From assembly GCF_006345805.1 (NCBI RefSeq), contig NW_021826358.1, positions 1 through 12,933 on the forward strand: a stretch of 12,933 nucleotides of DNA. Direction: 5' to 3'. The position numbers were made by a program, and so were the translations under genes. Under the pieces are notes generated by a model, which was not told the origin of the DNA, made no database searches, and saw only the letters and a program-made list of their open reading frames with translations. Position 1 is the stretch's first letter, and the number at the start of each line of letters is the position of its first letter. This DNA is from Octopus sinensis (Eukaryota). Below, piece by piece: positions 9,777-12,933 of this stretch.

Positions 9777-10084
9777 CGTGCATTCACACATATATACACA
9801 CACATATACGTACATACATATATACGTACATACATATATACATAAATACGTACATACATACGCACCACATACATACATACAAACATACATACATACAAAC
9901 ATACACACATACATACATACATAATACATACATACATACATACATACATACATACATACATACATGCATGCATGCATACATACATACATACATACATACA
10001 TAATACACACACACATACATACATACATACATACATACATACATACATACATACATACATACATACATACATACATACATACAT
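9210..10084. repeat. Large (CATA)n/(CA)n/(TA)n array with an internal ~145-bp duplication
   Basis: Directly visible, with pure (CATA)n at ~10015-10083. It explains the MYVC/HTYI ORFs at 9120-10166. Confidence 0.96.
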
Positions 10085-10887
10085 GCAAGGAGAATTTTAC
10101 GAAACTACCACTTACAAAACCCATCACTTCTATGACCATCGTTTGATTAGAGATTCCCAATCTTAGCTGTAATTATCGATCTACAAGGATACGCTGGCAA
10201 ATGTTAAAAGCTGCATTCCTTGTAATTTGTGGTCTTCGCACAGGCACGGCGCTAATTAATACTTACGGTGGTAATTGACGCCATCACAAACGGATGCTAA
10301 ACAGCAGTAAGCCTTTTCTAAGTCATTCGTTGTAGCTTAGCCATGGCGCATATATTCGAGGTCGCTCGTCCTGCTATAAACAGTAGCGAAATCTTTCTCA
10401 AATCAAACTTTACAGCTTTTGAAATAAGTAAAGAAACATTATGAAATAAGTAAACTGATATGTAATCTGACAATCTGACGTGATGGTCGCGACTGAGACG
10501 TCCATCATCGTAGATCTACTCAGTCAGGGATGACCTTGTGCTAAACAGACAATTATAGCAAATTAGTTGATATACATATCGTAGTAATACTTTTTTTTCT
10601 CTTTTGGAAAGTCTGGCGCTCATTCATACACACACGCATACACATATATGTAATATAATATATTATATCCTATTATACTATAATATATTGTACAGAATAA
10701 AAAAGGTTTGAATGGTACAACAATGCACTATAATACAGACAATGGGCTATATACCTGTTGTTATTTAGTCATCCATAGTCTGATGATATTTCGGAATAAT
10801 ATTCCTTCTTCAGATATTCTTAGATGGAGTCGCTGCTATAATCAGTTTTCCAACGGCTTTTCTTATTTAGTGTATAATTACCTATGG

Positions 10888-10888
<1 letters not shown>

Positions 10889-10959
<71 letters not shown>

Positions 10960-11224
10960 ACGCTGTTAGCAACGCTAGCAGTATCATATTAAAATATACC
11001 ACTACAATACTCTCCTATAATATATTATATTATATTATACCATATTATATTATATTAAATTATATTCTTTTATTCATTAATTTGTTTCACCCATGCGGCT
11101 GCGATATATATTATATATATGTATGCATTGTGCATGTATGTATGTATGTATGTATGCATTTATGTATGTATGTATGTATGTATGTATGTATGTATGTATG
11201 TATGTATGTATGTATGTATGTATG
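10889..11224. repeat. (CA)n, (TA)n, (TATAT)n and (GTAT)n microsatellites
   Basis: CA ~10889-10932, TA ~10933-10956, TATAT-like ~11015-11065, GTAT ~11133-11224. Confidence 0.95.
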
Positions 11225-11669
11225 GGTTTATGCGGATTTGTATATTTTGTTTTATGTATGTATTCTCATGCATATAATTGCATATCTATACATACGCATA
11301 TATACTTAAATGATAAACTTCTAGAAAGTTTTACAGATTTTTACAGTTCCAGTGAAGGCTTGGATCTGTAGTCTTCAAATTAGCTTTCTCCCTACTCATT
11401 TTGAGAAGCCAATTTCTCAAGATTGGTATTTAGAAAGTGTTTTACATATCCCAGTGCCCCAATAATTACAGGTATAAACATGAACTTGTAATCTGGATAG
11501 AGTAGCTGTAGATTCGTCAAGAGTTCAACACAGGTATTTTTTTCGCCGATCTTTAGCTTTATTAACATCCGCTGGGAAACTGAATTCCACAACTGTACAC
11601 AGTCTCTTCTCTATCCCAAATTACTATGTCAGGTCTATTATATTTACATTATATTGAGGTTTTCACTGG
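11225..11669 (-). mobile_element. Second, divergent R4/Dong-like retrotransposon 3' end (restriction-like endonuclease, stop codon, 3'UTR, CATA tail)
   Basis: Minus strand: PVKTSI*CKYNRPDIVIWDREE / LCTVVEFSFPADVN / IKLKIGEKNTCVELLTNLQLLYPDYKFMFIPVIIGALGYVKHFLNTNLEKL / RLQIQAFTGTVKICKTF*KFII* (TAA at 11308-11306). It retains the RPD...E.S.P endonuclease core and the IP(V/I)IIGALG motif. An ~80-nt 3'UTR runs straight into (CATA)n. Confidence 0.85.
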
Positions 11670-11885
11670 CGGCAAGCTGTCAGAATCGTTAGCGCGCTGG
11701 GAAAAATGTTTAATGACATCTCGTCCATCTTCTCGTTCTGAATACAAATGCCACCGAGTTCGACTTTGCCTTTCATCATTTCGGGGTCGATAAAATAAGT
11801 ACCAGTTAAGCACTGATGTCATTGTAATCGACTTGATCCCTCGCTTGAAATTGGAGGCCTTGTGCCAAAATTTGAAACCATTATT
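11668..11885 (+). mobile_element. tRNA-derived SINE, family 1, tail type B, abutting the 5' break of the R4-like fragment
   Basis: GGCGGCAAGCTGTCAGAATCGTTAGC head; TTCGACTTTGCCTTTCATCATTTCGGGGTCGATAAAATAAGTACCAG core; GGCCTTGTGCCAAAATTTGAAACCATTATT tail. Confidence 0.9.
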
Positions 11886-11900
11886 TGAACCGCTGGCTAA

Positions 11901-11966
11901 GTTCTGGTTTCAAATCCCGCTGAGGTCAATGGTGCCTTTCTTCTTTCCGGGGTCGATAAAAAATAC
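11901..11966 (+). mobile_element. SINE family 1 fragment (B-box plus core only)
   Basis: GTTCTGGTTTCAAATCCCGCTGAGGTCAATGGTGCCTTTCTTCTTTCCGGGGTCGATAAAA aligns to the core of the adjacent copy. Confidence 0.75.
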
Positions 11967-12003
11967 GTCAAACTTGGACATTTGATTGGTTGAAGTCTGA
12001 TAA

Positions 12004-12933
12004 CATGGGACAAGATGTCTTGCATTGTCAGTTCCGGTTCTTTGCGTTTCGGCGGCAATGCGTCCGACGCGACTGATGACAAAATGTATCAGCTTTGACA
12101 ATCCCTTGGGTGTTGTAGATAACATCAGATCTATAGGAGATATCTTCAGGTGTATAAAGTCCTTGGTATGATTTTAAACTGCATCCGGATGAACAGAACT
12201 GGGTCAGATGTTCCAGAGATTTGAGAAATATAGAACCACTTCTTAGCCATTATTGTTTCCAGGTGTTAGCACTAATCCGAATTATTAACACGTGTCACTG
12301 TCCAAGCTAGGAGTTAATTAGCATGGTATGGAGTTGCTATTGGAAGGTCACGAAACCAAGGCATATGAGTTCCTTCAACTCTAGCTGCTTATCTAAGAAA
12401 AGGTAATTCCATTCAAATTCTGCATCCAGAGCTCGTAGCATTTGTTGTTCCAGACAAATACAAGTTGGAAGAATGAGAGAATTGGACTTTGTCCTCAAAA
12501 CTCATAACCTATTTCTTTACTACCCACAAGGGGCTAAACACAGAGGGGACAAACAAGGACAGACAAATGGATTAAGTCGATTATATCAACCCCAGTGCGT
12601 AACTGGTACTTATTTAATCGAACCTGAAAAGACGAAAGGCGAAGTCGACCTCGGCGGAATTTGAACTCAGAACGTAGCGGCAGACGAAATACTGCTAAGC
12701 ATTTCGTCCGGCGTGCTAGCGTTTCTGTCAGCTCGCCGCAAACCTCTTCTGCTTTGTGGAGTAATTTCTTCAGCGATAAAAAGTGGATGAGGGACTAAAC
12801 CCCTACAGAAAATTCGAAGAGAGAGACCCTAATGTGCAATTGTACTTAACCAATATCAGGCGTCACCTGCGGTTCCATAGATTCTGCAAAGGTATTGGCT
12901 TGTCTTTCCTTTGTGACATATCCATGAGTGGCG
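12004..12933 (+). pseudogene. Decayed coding relic of unrecognised protein family, ~230 codons, interrupted by a SINE and running off the window end
   Basis: Successive plus-strand segments: HGTRCLALSVPVLCVSAAMRPTRLMTKCISFDNPLGVVDNIRSIGDIFRCIKSLV (12004-12168) / YDFKLHPDEQNWVRCSRDLRNIEPLLSHYCFQVLALIRIINTCH (12167-12298) / QARS*LAWYGVAIGRSRNQGI*VPSTLAAYLRKGNSIQILHPELVAFVVPDKYKLEE*ENWTLSSKL(I) (12303-12505) [SINE] NLFCFVE*FLQR*KVDEGLNPYRKFEERDPNVQLYLTNIRRHLRFHRFCKGIGLSFLCDISMSG (12741-12932). This requires two frameshifts and five in-frame stops. Confidence 0.5.
12508..12739 (-). mobile_element. tRNA-derived SINE, family 1, tail type C, the least decayed-looking copy
   Basis: Minus strand: GCGGCGAGCTGACAGAAACGCTAGCACGCCGGACGAAATGCTTAGCAGTATTTCGTCTGCCGCTACGTTCTGAGTTCAAATTCCGCCGAGGTCGAC...AAGTACCAGTTACGCACTGGGG...GCCCCTTGTGGGTAGTAAAGAAATAGG. 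AACCT occurs at both junctions (12506-12510 and 12741-12745), a possible target-site duplication. Confidence 0.92.

Noticed and set aside
3864-11371. Numerous 60-220 aa ORFs rich in Y/I/H/T/M/C/V
   Set aside because: All coincide with TA, TG, CA or CATA microsatellites or SINE interiors; they are compositional artefacts.
11990-12330. Minus-strand strings SCPMLS and AWTVTRVNNSD resembling R4 RT or zinc-knuckle segments
   Set aside because: Short, not colinear with the expected motif spacing, and the plus strand gives much longer coherent reading blocks.
2723-12739. tRNA-like A/B boxes as tRNA genes
   Set aside because: They are SINE heads: no cloverleaf or acceptor stem, and each continues into a shared SINE core.
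1-12933. CRISPR array, rRNA, prokaryotic operon or telomeric array
   Set aside because: No regularly spaced repeat-spacer units, rRNA-like sequence, dense ORFs or TTAGGG/TTAGG arrays are present.

Overview
AT-rich, microsatellite-dense, repeat-dominated eukaryotic DNA with no intact protein-coding gene that I can support. The SINE families and simple-repeat landscape look like a coleoid cephalopod (Octopus-like) intron or intergenic region; this is recognition-level inference. All ORFs in the supplied track are simple-repeat artefacts or fall inside repeat relics. Manual translation across stops and frameshifts reveals: (i) two divergent, decayed R4/Dong-clade non-LTR retrotransposon 3' fragments on the minus strand (110-790 with zinc knuckle and restriction-like endonuclease; 11225-11669 with endonuclease, stop codon, 3'UTR and a (CATA)n tail); (ii) at least seven tRNA-derived SINE copies from two families, one family carrying three different 3' tails; (iii) a ~500-bp element embedded in (ATT)n; (iv) a 341-bp non-autonomous Helitron-like element with A|TC...CTAG|T ends; (v) a roughly 230-codon decayed coding relic of unrecognised family at 12004-12933 that rejoins in frame when a SINE is excised; and (vi) a weak candidate terminal exon at 1599-1664. 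The most interesting leads are the apparent pairing of endonuclease-bearing retroelements with specific microsatellites and the unassigned coding relic.
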